From contig JAHEYQ010000007.1 in the NCBI GenBank assembly GCA_023251515.1, forward strand, positions 50,363-98,417: DNA of 48,055 nt, in the 5' to 3' direction. A program made the position numbers and the translations under genes. The notes under the pieces were generated by a model, which saw nothing but the letters and a program-made list of their open reading frames with translations, did no database searches and had not been told where the DNA came from. Positions 28,136 through 37,152 of the stretch are shown in pieces (position 1 is the stretch's first letter; every line of letters starts with the position of its first letter). This stretch comes from Bacteroidales bacterium. GTDB lineage: Bacteria > Bacteroidota > Bacteroidia > Bacteroidales > JACABE01.

Positions 28136-30901
28136 CTATTCTTTTTCAACACAATGCATATCGCATTCGGTCATTGCCCATTCGCACATACATTTTCCCA
28201 TCGATTTTTCGATAATCTTTTGCTGTCCCGATTTGTGAACCTTACTTGAGCCGGTTGCCGGGCTACCACTTGCACTACGAGCTGCAAATAATATTAATGG
28301 TATATAGTTGATATGACGGCTTAAAAATGTCCATGCTCCCATATTTTCGGGTTCTTCCTGTACCCACAGCCAATGTTGCGAATTTACATATTTTTTCTTT
28401 ATGGCTCTCCATTGTGTATGTGGAATCGGATAAATCTGTTCTACCCTTACGATGGCAATATTGGTTTTGTTGTTTTTAAGTTTTTCTTCCAGCAAATCGT
28501 AATAAATTTTTCCGGTACAGAAAATAACTCTCTCAACCTTAGCCGGGTCGGCATTATTGTCGTCAATAAGTTCCTGAAAACCACCGTTTGTAAAATGGCT
28601 TATAGGCGAAACACACTGCGGATGACGCAACAAACTTTTGGGTGTGAATATAATAAGCGGCTTGCGGAAATTGCGGTAAAGCTGACGGCGAAGTATATGG
28701 AAAAAACTTGCCGGAGTTGAGCAGTTGGCTATCTGTATATTGTTATCGGCACAAAGCGACAAAAATCTTTCCATACGGGCGCTGGAATGTTCGGGTCCCT
28801 GACCTTCGTAACCATGTGGAAGCAACATTACCAGATCGTTCATTACTTTCCATTTTTCTTCGGCACTGCTTATAAACTGGTCGATAATTATCTGAGCTCC
28901 ATTAAAAAAGTCGCCGAACTGTGCTTCCCAAATGGTTAAGGTTTTGGGTGATGTCATGGCATAACCATATTCGAAGCCCAAAACTCCATATTCTGAGAGC
29001 AATGAATTATAAATTTCGAATTTAGCCTGCTTGTCGCTCAGGTGGTTCAATGGAATGTATTTGTCGTCGGAATCGTCGATAGTTAGTGCTGCATGACGGT
29101 GCGAAAATGTACCTCTGCCCACATCCTGTCCGCTCAAACGTACCAGAAATCCTTCTTCGAGTAAAGTACCATAAGCGAGTAATTCGCCCATTGCCCAATC
29201 GAGTTTGCCTTCGCCTTCCAGCATCTGGCGGCGGTCGTCGTGCAGTTTGTGTATTTTGTTAAAGAAAGGAATATCTGATGGCAGTGTAGTAATTTTAGAT
29301 GCTATGCCAAGAAAATTTTCTTTGTTTACAGCTGTTGAAGGCGATAATTCAAAATCTGTAGGGCGGGCTTTTACAATATCCTTCCACTCGTTTTCGAGAA
29401 ATGAAGTAATATGAGCTTTTTCTATTTCTTTCGACTGGCTGAGGTCTTTTTCAAGCAAATCGGTAAATTCTTTTTCTATTTGTTTGGCTTCAGCCTGTTG
29501 TATCATATTTTCCTGTTTCAGCTTTTCGATATAAATATCGCGCGGATTGGGATGTTTTTCGATGATTTTATACAAAATGGGCTGGGTAAAACGGGGTTCA
29601 TCTCCTTCGTTGTGTCCGTATTTGCGGTAGCACAACAAATCGATAAACACATCTTTATGAAATTTCTGACGGTATTCCATGGCAAACTGCATGGCAAAAA
29701 CCACTTCTTCCACATCGTCGCCGTTTACGTGAAATATAGGCGACTGTATAATTTTTGCAATATCAGTACAATAGGTACTTGAGCGGGCATCCAGATAATT
29801 GGTAGTAAAACCAATCTGATTATTAACTACCAGATGTATAGTGCCTCCGGTTTTATAGCCGGGTAGTTCCGACATCTGTAATACTTCATAAACAATACCT
29901 TGTCCGGCTACCGAAGCATCGCCGTGTATCAAAATGGGAACGATATTGTTGTTATCTCCGTTGTAATCCTGATCGATGCGGGCTCTTACGATGCCTTCCA
30001 CCACCGGATTAACGGCTTCGAGGTGAGATGGATTGGGCGAAAGTGTGAGTTTGATTTTTTCGCCGTTTTTAGTAAGTGTATTGGAAGTAAAACCCAAATG
30101 GTATTTTACATCACCCATCAGGCTTTCGTCGTCGTATTCCTTACCTTCAAATTCGCTGAAAATATCTTTGTATGATTTGTGTAATATATTGGCTAATACA
30201 TTCAGGCGACCACGATGCGGCATTCCGATTACAAATTCTTTTACACCCAGTTGCGAGCCTTTTTCTACCACAGCATCCAGGGCAGGTATCATGGCTTCGG
30301 CACCTTCGAGCGAAAAACGCTTTTGACCGGGAAATTTTTTATGGATAAACTTTTCGAACAGAACTGCTTCGCTTAATTTCTGAAGTATCTGTATTTTTTC
30401 ATCTTTATTGTAATGAGGTGTGTTTTTGCTGCTTTCCATACGGGCACGCAACCAATCTGTAATTTCGGGAGTACGTATATAGCGATATTCCACACCCAGC
30501 GAATGGCAATACGTATCCTGCAGGTGCTGAATAATATCCTTCAGTTTGGCAGTACCAATACCAAGCTTATTGCCTGCTTTAAATTCTTTTTCAAGATCGG
30601 CAGCTGTAAGCTCAAAATTTTCGATATCGAGCGTAGGCAAATATTTTCGGCGGATGCGTACCGGATTGGTTTTGGTAAAATAATGACCTCTTTCGCGATA
30701 CGCATTTATGAGGTTAATCACCTTAAATTCAGCAGGAAATTCTTCGGTCTGATTGCCAGCGAAATCGGCTTTTGAAAAATCAAATCCTTCAAAAAACTTA
30801 CGCCAGCCAAAATCGATGCTGTCGGGATTGTTTTTATAAAGCTTATAAAGTTCTTCTATTTGTTGTAAATCAATATTACTCAAATAAGAATAAGTATCCA
30901 T
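28136..30901 (-). CDS. sucA: 2-oxoglutarate dehydrogenase E1 component
   Basis: 921 aa with a ThDP-binding E1o fold throughout. Immediately upstream of sucB. Carries an unusual 20-aa Cys-rich C-terminal tail. Confidence 0.93.
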   Translation of the reverse strand: MDTYSYLSNIDLQQIEELYKLYKNNPDSIDFGWRKFFEGFDFSKADFAGNQTEEFPAEFKVINLINAYRERGHYFTKTNPVRIRRKYLPTLDIENFELTAADLEKEFKAGNKLGIGTAKLKDIIQHLQDTYCHSLGVEYRYIRTPEITDWLRARMESSKNTPHYNKDEKIQILQKLSEAVLFEKFIHKKFPGQKRFSLEGAEAMIPALDAVVEKGSQLGVKEFVIGMPHRGRLNVLANILHKSYKDIFSEFEGKEYDDESLMGDVKYHLGFTSNTLTKNGEKIKLTLSPNPSHLEAVNPVVEGIVRARIDQDYNGDNNNIVPILIHGDASVAGQGIVYEVLQMSELPGYKTGGTIHLVVNNQIGFTTNYLDARSSTYCTDIAKIIQSPIFHVNGDDVEEVVFAMQFAMEYRQKFHKDVFIDLLCYRKYGHNEGDEPRFTQPILYKIIEKHPNPRDIYIEKLKQENMIQQAEAKQIEKEFTDLLEKDLSQSKEIEKAHITSFLENEWKDIVKARPTDFELSPSTAVNKENFLGIASKITTLPSDIPFFNKIHKLHDDRRQMLEGEGKLDWAMGELLAYGTLLEEGFLVRLSGQDVGRGTFSHRHAALTIDDSDDKYIPLNHLSDKQAKFEIYNSLLSEYGVLGFEYGYAMTSPKTLTIWEAQFGDFFNGAQIIIDQFISSAEEKWKVMNDLVMLLPHGYEGQGPEHSSARMERFLSLCADNNIQIANCSTPASFFHILRRQLYRNFRKPLIIFTPKSLLRHPQCVSPISHFTNGGFQELIDDNNADPAKVERVIFCTGKIYYDLLEEKLKNNKTNIAIVRVEQIYPIPHTQWRAIKKKYVNSQHWLWVQEEPENMGAWTFLSRHINYIPLILFAARSASGSPATGSSKVHKSGQQKIIEKSMGKCMCEWAMTECDMHCVEKE

Positions 30902-31095
30902 AAGGTGTGTTTTTACTAAATATGTTTTTTAAAGAACAAAGTTAAGAATTAAAAGTTCATAAACAAGAGGGGGAGAAGAATGGAGGGAGAAATAAACAAA
31001 AGGGATTATTTTATTAACTGATTAACTTCGTTTTTAAGTTTAGGCAAATGATTCTGTAAAATAACCGCTATATTTTCATTCCATGTTATAAACAT

Positions 31096-31422
31096 TTAAG
31101 CACTTTTTCGTTCATAAACCAGTTGTTTATCTCTGTTGATTATTTGAAGGAAAACCGGATTTCTGACGGCTTGTTTTTCTACAATATCAATCTTTCTTTT
31201 TAGCAAGGTTTCCATATTTTCTTTGAAATCCATATAATTATCGAAATAATGATATAAATCTACACCGTTAAACTGCAACAAAATATCGATATCGCTGCTT
31301 TCGTTGAATTTTTCGGTTAAAACCGACCCGAAAACATACAACTCATTTACTTTATATTTAATACATAAAGCAATTATTTCGTTTTTATGTTGTTCTATCA
31401 GATTCATATTGCAAATATACAA
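31096..31422 (-). CDS. MNT-type minimal nucleotidyltransferase (pol-beta superfamily; antitoxin-like)
   Basis: LYVFGSVLTEKFNESSDIDILL is the GS-x9-DxD nucleotidyltransferase motif. ~100 aa. The real start may be the internal MNLIEQH. Confidence 0.7.
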   Translation of the reverse strand: MYICNMNLIEQHKNEIIALCIKYKVNELYVFGSVLTEKFNESSDIDILLQFNGVDLYHYFDNYMDFKENMETLLKRKIDIVEKQAVRNPVFLQIINRDKQLVYERKSA

Positions 31423-31526
31423 AACATTGCGGGAAAGTATATTAAATTCATAAAAAAAAGCAAATTACCGGACAAGCCAGATTTTTATACTGTTGTTAAG
31501 CTTTTTTTTAAAAAGTGAAAAGGTTA

Positions 31527-31763
31527 TTATTTTGAAAGAGCAGCAGAATTATTAAATAAATTGAAGTTTGAAATTGTTTCTAAATCAATATTATCATCAA
31601 AGAAATTGAGAATATCAAGTATGCTTTTAAAAACCCAGAACTTTATCCCATCAAGATTATAAACATATAAAACCTTTTCTAATAAATTGTTTTTTAATAA
31701 AACGGTCTCAATTGTTCTTGATGGGTGTAAATAAGATACATCAATTGCTTTTATTGTGTTCAT
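31527..31763 (-). CDS. Small hypothetical protein (uncertain)
   Basis: 78-aa ORF between the NTase gene and the REC gene, with no motif. Could be non-coding. Confidence 0.25.
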   Translation of the reverse strand: MNTIKAIDVSYLHPSRTIETVLLKNNLLEKVLYVYNLDGIKFWVFKSILDILNFFDDNIDLETISNFNLFNNSAALSK

Positions 31764-31948
31764 TTTCGAAAAATATTATGATAATGAAAATCTAAAAACT
31801 CTTTTGAAGGAAGAAATTTGTCTGGAAGCGTAATAGTCTAATTCTCAAATGCAATAATTAACTTTTTTGATAGTATTTTAAAAAAATCAGTACGAGGAAT
31901 ATAGTTAATGTCATATATAAGTGTTTGGTGAGTATTGATTTCTCAATT

Positions 31949-32878
31949 CTATGCAGGGATTAACAAATTCTTATTTATCGAATCTAATAAAGCACCATAA
32001 AGTTTCAATGCTTTTCTGATTTCACTACAATATTCATCATTGAGCTCTATTTCAGTTGATTTATATACAAAAATCTTCTTGCCATCTTTCATGATAGGAG
32101 TTCCATGAGCAAGGATGTTTCTCGGCTTTGATATACAATTCTTATATGAATTCTTGAATCCATCTTGTTTATGAATTGAGAAAGAATCTGGTAAAATGGA
32201 ATCAAGTATAAATTGAGTTGCATATATTTTTCTTTCTGTGTCAAATAACATATTTTCCTTTAATAACTTTTCTGTATCTTTTTTAGTAGAATACTTTTCG
32301 CATTTTTCTTTTTTTTCAGAAGAGAACTTTGTTGCTTCTTCAAACAAATGATCAGTCAAAGCCTCTTTAAAATCAAGTCTATTCTCTAATACAGTTTTTA
32401 CAATCTGATGCATTTTTTTATCAAGATCACTTGTCTCTGCCAAAATAAGCCCACGCATATTATTTATATCTTGAATTTTTTTGATCGTTGTATGAATAAT
32501 TTTTTCAACCTTCTTTACAAATGAATTACCATCTCTGCTTGAAAAATAGACACCCTCTAGTTCTAAATCTTTTACTTTCTCTAATACCTTACTTACACCC
32601 TCTGAAGAATAAAAGATGATATTAGTAAAAACTTCAAAACTCCGAATTTTTTCAATGAGTTTATCCCCTGTTGGTGACTTCTCCAAATTAAGATCCATGA
32701 GAATTAAATCATACTCAGAAAAATTAATATTTTCAATATTATCCCCATTTTTCTTAAGCAGTGGCAAAGTCATGATAAATCCAAGTTTATCCTCAATTAC
32801 TTCTTTTATGTTATCAATAATTGATTCATACCAATCTTGATCATCTTCAAACCAAAGAATGTTGTAAGCTAGATTCAT
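31949..32878 (-). CDS. Receiver (REC) domain protein with C-terminal HEPN-like domain (Rx4H motif), last gene of the MTase operon
   Basis: N-terminus ILWFEDD...YDLILMDLNL...IIFYSS follows the CheY-like acidic pocket / phospho-Asp / Thr-Ser pattern. C-terminal helical region contains PRNILAHG (R-x4-H). 4-nt overlap with the upstream gene. Confidence 0.6.
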   Translation of the reverse strand: MNLAYNILWFEDDQDWYESIIDNIKEVIEDKLGFIMTLPLLKKNGDNIENINFSEYDLILMDLNLEKSPTGDKLIEKIRSFEVFTNIIFYSSEGVSKVLEKVKDLELEGVYFSSRDGNSFVKKVEKIIHTTIKKIQDINNMRGLILAETSDLDKKMHQIVKTVLENRLDFKEALTDHLFEEATKFSSEKKEKCEKYSTKKDTEKLLKENMLFDTERKIYATQFILDSILPDSFSIHKQDGFKNSYKNCISKPRNILAHGTPIMKDGKKIFVYKSTEIELNDEYCSEIRKALKLYGALLDSINKNLLIPA

Positions 32879-35172
32879 TTTTTCAATTGGATATTTAGTT
32901 CAAAACCTTTTTTATTTTGAGAATTCACAGTAATTAATCCTTTCAGTTCTTTTAAAACAGTATTTGCAACATTATATAACCCTAATCCTGAACCAGATGT
33001 TGTTGTAACTCCTTTTTCGAACACTGAATTTGGAGCATCTAATTTATTGGACAAACCTTTTCCATCATCCCTAATATTTAAACCTAATGTATTAATATCA
33101 ACTTTGAAAATATCTATAAAAATATTGCTTGCATTAGCTTTAATTGAATTGTCTATAATGTTGTCAAACATAAGACTTACTTCTAATGGCTTAAATGGAA
33201 TCACAAAATCAGAATCACTTTTATTCTTAAAATGAACTTTTATATCTGGATAAAATTCTCTTAAAACATTCTCTGAATACTGATCAATAAAAGAAATGAA
33301 ATCAGTATCACGCAACTCCTGACCTGAAAGATTAAAATTTGCTTTAGTTGCGAATCTTGATATTGACAAGATTTTATTATTAGCACGAGAAACTGCCTCA
33401 ACAAATTTTTTCAATTTTTCCTCGTCTACTGTTTTGTTATCTATTTCTTTTGCAATCCTATTGAGCCAATTATTTACAGTACTTGCATGAACTCCAATAT
33501 CATGGTGATATCTAACAATTCTATTTATATCTTGATTATCTACTGATTGTAGAAATAATACTTGTTTTACTTTCTGATCTAATTTTTCTTCAACTACTTT
33601 TTTTTCGGCTCCTATATTTTCATTTTCTCTTTCAGCTTCAATTTTAGCTTCAATTAGTTCTTTAACTTGTTTTTCAGCAGCCTTAGCCTGTTTTACAAGA
33701 TCTGGATTTTGAGTTTCTTGAGCAATTCGATTAAAGTTCTTTACTATTTGAGAGACACTTTTTTCTTGTTTTGCTTCATATATTCTTAAAAAATCCTTAT
33801 CGTAACCAATATCAATTACTTCTTTTGCTTTTGTTAATGTGGAAATAATTTCTAATATCTCTCCTCTTACATCTTCTGGGTTTATGCTTGGACTTATTTC
33901 TCCTGTATCTTTATCCTTTCTCTCATCTCCCCATTTAATAATATCTACCGTATATTTTTCTAGACGTTTAAGAGCTTTATCGTAAAACAAATCTACAAGT
34001 TCATAGTAAGAATCATTTTTAATAAAGCCACCATCTCTACTGGTTGTTTCTTTTAGATTAGATTGTTCTCCTGAAATCTCTATTCTTCCAATTAAGTCTC
34101 TAGTTCCTAAAAATCGATTATATCCTTGTTGCTTTCTTCTATCAATCAGTAATGTGTCATCACCCTCTTCTCCAAAAGGATAAATACGGAAACCATTTTT
34201 ATAAATAAAAACGGAGCCATAATCAACCGACCGAATATCCATTTGCTTTTTAAAATTGATCTTTGCTTCAAAATTTAAAACAAAAAGATTGATTTTAATG
34301 TCTGACAATAAAGGATAATGATTCCGCTCTTTAATCCAATAAATTTCTTTGCCTCTATCAGTTAAGGTTGTTTTTACGACTCCACCGTTTTCTATTATCT
34401 CGACTTTTATTTGAGTTGTTTTTAAACCAAGAGTTTCAAAAACAAAATTTTTTATTTTTCCGTTTAGTCTATTTCGTTCAATTTTTTCATTTTTATCCTG
34501 AACAAGCTCATCGAAAGCAATAATTTCTATATCAAAGTTTTCAATGTCATTCTCTTGAATTGGGTTAATCAATTTTTCTAGTGAAAATTTCAACCGTTTT
34601 ATACGCCCTCTATCCCATACATCTCTCAATCCGGTTATTTCGAGAATAGTTCCTTTTTTGAAATCTTTATAACTTGTTGAATTTAAGATAGAATGAAACA
34701 CTTTAACATCGACAAATTCTTTATTAGAATCCTCTTCAAAATCTGTCCAATCAACAATAAGATTTTCTATCTTTGAATTAGGCTCATCTTTCAATGTAAT
34801 CAAATTCAATTGATCTCCTAGCCTATCACAAGAAAATCTCCCAACTCCTTTTGCTCCAGCAAAAATTCGTTTAGTTTTAATTTTATCACGATAATCTTTA
34901 TCTTCTGTTCCATCATTCTTAGCTGAATATGCAACAAATAACCATTTGTTTTTTAGATCATCAAAGCTCATTCCTCTTCCATCATCCCAAATTGTTATCT
35001 TTGCTGTTTCAAGGTTATACTGATTCTCAAAAATCACTTTTACGTGTTTAGCATTGGCATCAAATGAATTCTTTACTAGCTCAAAAACAGCAACAAACTC
35101 ATCTGTAATTAATTCCTTGCCAATAAGATTCTTTAAGGCTGAACTTATTCTAAACTGCATTTGATTCTCCAT
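32875..35172 (-). CDS. Fusion protein: N-terminal MORC-like GHKL ATPase (HATPase_c_3-type) + C-terminal histidine-kinase core (HisKA_3-like H-box + HATPase_c)
   Basis: N-terminal Bergerat motifs ELVKNSFDANA, ITIWDDGRGM and GAKGVGRFS. C-terminal RIVRYHHDIGVHASTVNNWLNRI resembles the NarX-type H-box RIARELHDSIGQ. HATPase_c boxes DNIIDNSIKAN, IRDDGKGL and GSGLGLYNV. Confidence 0.7.
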   Translation of the reverse strand: MENQMQFRISSALKNLIGKELITDEFVAVFELVKNSFDANAKHVKVIFENQYNLETAKITIWDDGRGMSFDDLKNKWLFVAYSAKNDGTEDKDYRDKIKTKRIFAGAKGVGRFSCDRLGDQLNLITLKDEPNSKIENLIVDWTDFEEDSNKEFVDVKVFHSILNSTSYKDFKKGTILEITGLRDVWDRGRIKRLKFSLEKLINPIQENDIENFDIEIIAFDELVQDKNEKIERNRLNGKIKNFVFETLGLKTTQIKVEIIENGGVVKTTLTDRGKEIYWIKERNHYPLLSDIKINLFVLNFEAKINFKKQMDIRSVDYGSVFIYKNGFRIYPFGEEGDDTLLIDRRKQQGYNRFLGTRDLIGRIEISGEQSNLKETTSRDGGFIKNDSYYELVDLFYDKALKRLEKYTVDIIKWGDERKDKDTGEISPSINPEDVRGEILEIISTLTKAKEVIDIGYDKDFLRIYEAKQEKSVSQIVKNFNRIAQETQNPDLVKQAKAAEKQVKELIEAKIEAERENENIGAEKKVVEEKLDQKVKQVLFLQSVDNQDINRIVRYHHDIGVHASTVNNWLNRIAKEIDNKTVDEEKLKKFVEAVSRANNKILSISRFATKANFNLSGQELRDTDFISFIDQYSENVLREFYPDIKVHFKNKSDSDFVIPFKPLEVSLMFDNIIDNSIKANASNIFIDIFKVDINTLGLNIRDDGKGLSNKLDAPNSVFEKGVTTTSGSGLGLYNVANTVLKELKGLITVNSQNKKGFELNIQLKK

Positions 35173-36378
35173 CTATAATATAATTTCTTTTAAAGCCAAA
35201 CCCGCAAGTTCTGCAAACAAAGGTGGAATTGCATTTCCGATTTGAGTATATCGAGGTACTTCAACTTTACGCATTTGTCCACCTGTAGTATATTTCTCTT
35301 TTATTTCATACCAATCAGGAAATGTTTGTATTCTAGCATATTCCCGAACAGTTAATATTCTGGGTTCTGAATAATGAATATAATCATCAGGATGAGTTGT
35401 CAGAGTTGGTGAAATTTGTTTTGAATCCAATAAAGTTATCCCTCTTTTTTTTATTTTCCAGTGTTCACGTTCCTTGTTTGCAATTCTTTTACCTTTAATT
35501 GGATAATACTCTATTATTGATGAGAAAACGTTCACTGTTTCTCCGTTATGATTCGCAAAGCTATGACTGTCAGGAATTGTGTTTTTCTGAGTATAGTCTC
35601 CACGCATTAGAGTTTGAAAATTAGAGTTTGATTTACCATAAAATCCAGATTTGAAACTTTTTCGGTCAGGTGTTTTAACAGTGCCATTAGAACTGAGTAA
35701 ATCTGAAATAGCATCTCCAATTGTTGTAGTGTCTTTTATCCCTTTTTCTTCCAAGTAAACTTGTTTTAGCTTATCAATTGTTGGTTCAAAATCTGATGCT
35801 TTTCCATTCAAAGATCCTACTAAAATAAAGCGTTTCCTTCGTTGAGGTACGCCATATTTTGAAAAATCTATAATATGAGGTTTTACACAATACCCTAATT
35901 CATTTAGTTTATCAATAACTATTTTTGAATATGGAACAGCATCGTTTTCTCCTTTTTTATTAAATGCATATGTAAATCCCTTCACATTCTCAAAAAGAAT
36001 CATCTTTGGACGAACTAATTCAATAAAGTTTATATATGAATAAACTAATTGATTTCGCATATCTTCTTCAACTCTTTTCCCTGCCATTGAAAATCCTTGA
36101 CAAGGCGGTCCCCCAGCCACTAAATCAACAGTACCTCTTAGTCCTCTTAAATCCTTAGCGTGATTCTTTAAAACTTCATTAATATCATGATTTTCAGGTT
36201 TTAGCCAATCAGGCCATTCAAAATGTTTTTTATTGTCTATCAAATTGAATTTCAATGTTTCAAAGGCAAAGGGACTTTTTTCTATAGCAAATAATCCTTT
36301 CCAACCTGCATTATGCAAGCCCAAAGAAAGACCGCCACAACCAGCAAAAAGATCTATATAAGAAAAATTTTGATTCAT
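35173..36378 (-). CDS. DNA (cytosine-5)-methyltransferase
   Basis: Motif I DLFAGCGG, motif IV GGPPCQGFS, motif VI ENV, motif X QIGNAIPP. 401 aa. Stop directly abuts the start of the ATPase-kinase gene. Confidence 0.9.
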   Translation of the reverse strand: MNQNFSYIDLFAGCGGLSLGLHNAGWKGLFAIEKSPFAFETLKFNLIDNKKHFEWPDWLKPENHDINEVLKNHAKDLRGLRGTVDLVAGGPPCQGFSMAGKRVEEDMRNQLVYSYINFIELVRPKMILFENVKGFTYAFNKKGENDAVPYSKIVIDKLNELGYCVKPHIIDFSKYGVPQRRKRFILVGSLNGKASDFEPTIDKLKQVYLEEKGIKDTTTIGDAISDLLSSNGTVKTPDRKSFKSGFYGKSNSNFQTLMRGDYTQKNTIPDSHSFANHNGETVNVFSSIIEYYPIKGKRIANKEREHWKIKKRGITLLDSKQISPTLTTHPDDYIHYSEPRILTVREYARIQTFPDWYEIKEKYTTGGQMRKVEVPRYTQIGNAIPPLFAELAGLALKEIIL

Positions 36379-36547
36379 AGTAATATTTATGATACAAAAC
36401 TACAAAAAATAGGATTAAAAATTATATTTATTTTATATTTAGATAAAATCTGTTTAATATATTCAAAAACAATTGATTAACATCCTTAAATAAACTTTCC
36501 ATAGCTTTCATTTTTTCTTGAAAATTTATATTTATACACGCATAGCC

Positions 36548-36830
36548 GGGCTGAAAACTTCCGATGGAGATATTTTAAGCTTCGCTGTCAGGGGAAAAAC
36601 TTCCGATGCCGATACTAAAAGACTCAATGTAGGGGCAAAAAGATTCCCCGTCGATATTAAAAGACCCGGCGGAGATACCAAAAGACTCTTTGCCGGAGTA
36701 TAAATACTCTCTGTCGTAGCAAAAAGACTCGGTGGAGATATAAAAAGATTCGGCACCGAGGAAAAAAGACTCTGTCGAGATATAAAAAGACTCTAGGTCG
36801 AGGTAAAAAGTATCTCCATCGGGTCTTTTG
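36548..36830. repeat. Degenerate ~40-bp-period repeat array (repeat family 1), core GGAGATAyaAAAAGACTC, at least 7 copies, one inverted
   Basis: Copies at 36566, 36609, 36650, 36671, 36734, 36775. Inverted copy AAAAAGTATCTCC near 36805. Confidence 0.65.
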
Positions 36831-36834
36831 ACAC

Positions 36835-36864
36835 CAGGGGGGGTGGGTAAACCACCCCCTGAGA
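36835..36864. other. G/C-rich hairpin CAGGGGGGGTGG-GTAAA-CCACCCCCTG separating the two repeat families
   Basis: ~10-bp GC stem with a bulge, in an otherwise AT-rich spacer. Confidence 0.5.
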
Positions 36865-37060
36865 GGTAAATAGATGCTTTGAGGGTGTAAATACCTGCTC
36901 AGAGGATATAAATAGATGCTCTAAAGGGTGTCGATAGCTGCCCGGAGGGTATAAATACATGCTCTGTAGGGGGTAAATAGATGCTCTATAGGATCTAAAT
37001 AGATGCTCTATAGGGTGTCGATAGATGCCTGGAGGATATATACAGATGCTTTAGTGGGGG
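36864..37060. repeat. Tandem ~21-22-bp direct repeats (repeat family 2), consensus TAAATAGATGCTCTATAGGGTG, ~9 head-to-tail units, no spacers
   Basis: Units start at 36866, 36887, 36908, 36930, 36951, 36973, 36995, 37017 and 37038, with progressive degeneracy. Confidence 0.7.
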
Positions 37061-37152
37061 TTGGTTAAATAAGTAAATATAAAAATGGGTATTTTTCTGA
37101 ACGTTTCCCGATTTCAGTTGTAATCATAGTATAATTCAAAAAAATAAATATC

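Noticed and set aside
31764-31948. Search for an Hpt phosphotransfer gene between the REC gene and the 78-aa ORF
   Set aside because: No ORF of adequate length and no HxxKG-like motif were found. The kinase appears to contact the receiver directly.
36518-36703. 61-aa ORF (MKIYIYTRIAGLKTSDGDILSFAVRGKTSDADTKRL...) with repeating peptide motifs
   Set aside because: Its periodicity is a translation of the underlying DNA tandem repeats. It has no start context and overlaps an antisense ORF, so it is treated as non-coding repeat DNA.
36864-37060. Possible CRISPR array
   Set aside because: Units are contiguous 21-22-bp direct repeats with no unique spacers and no cas genes nearby, so this is a minisatellite or iteron array rather than CRISPR.
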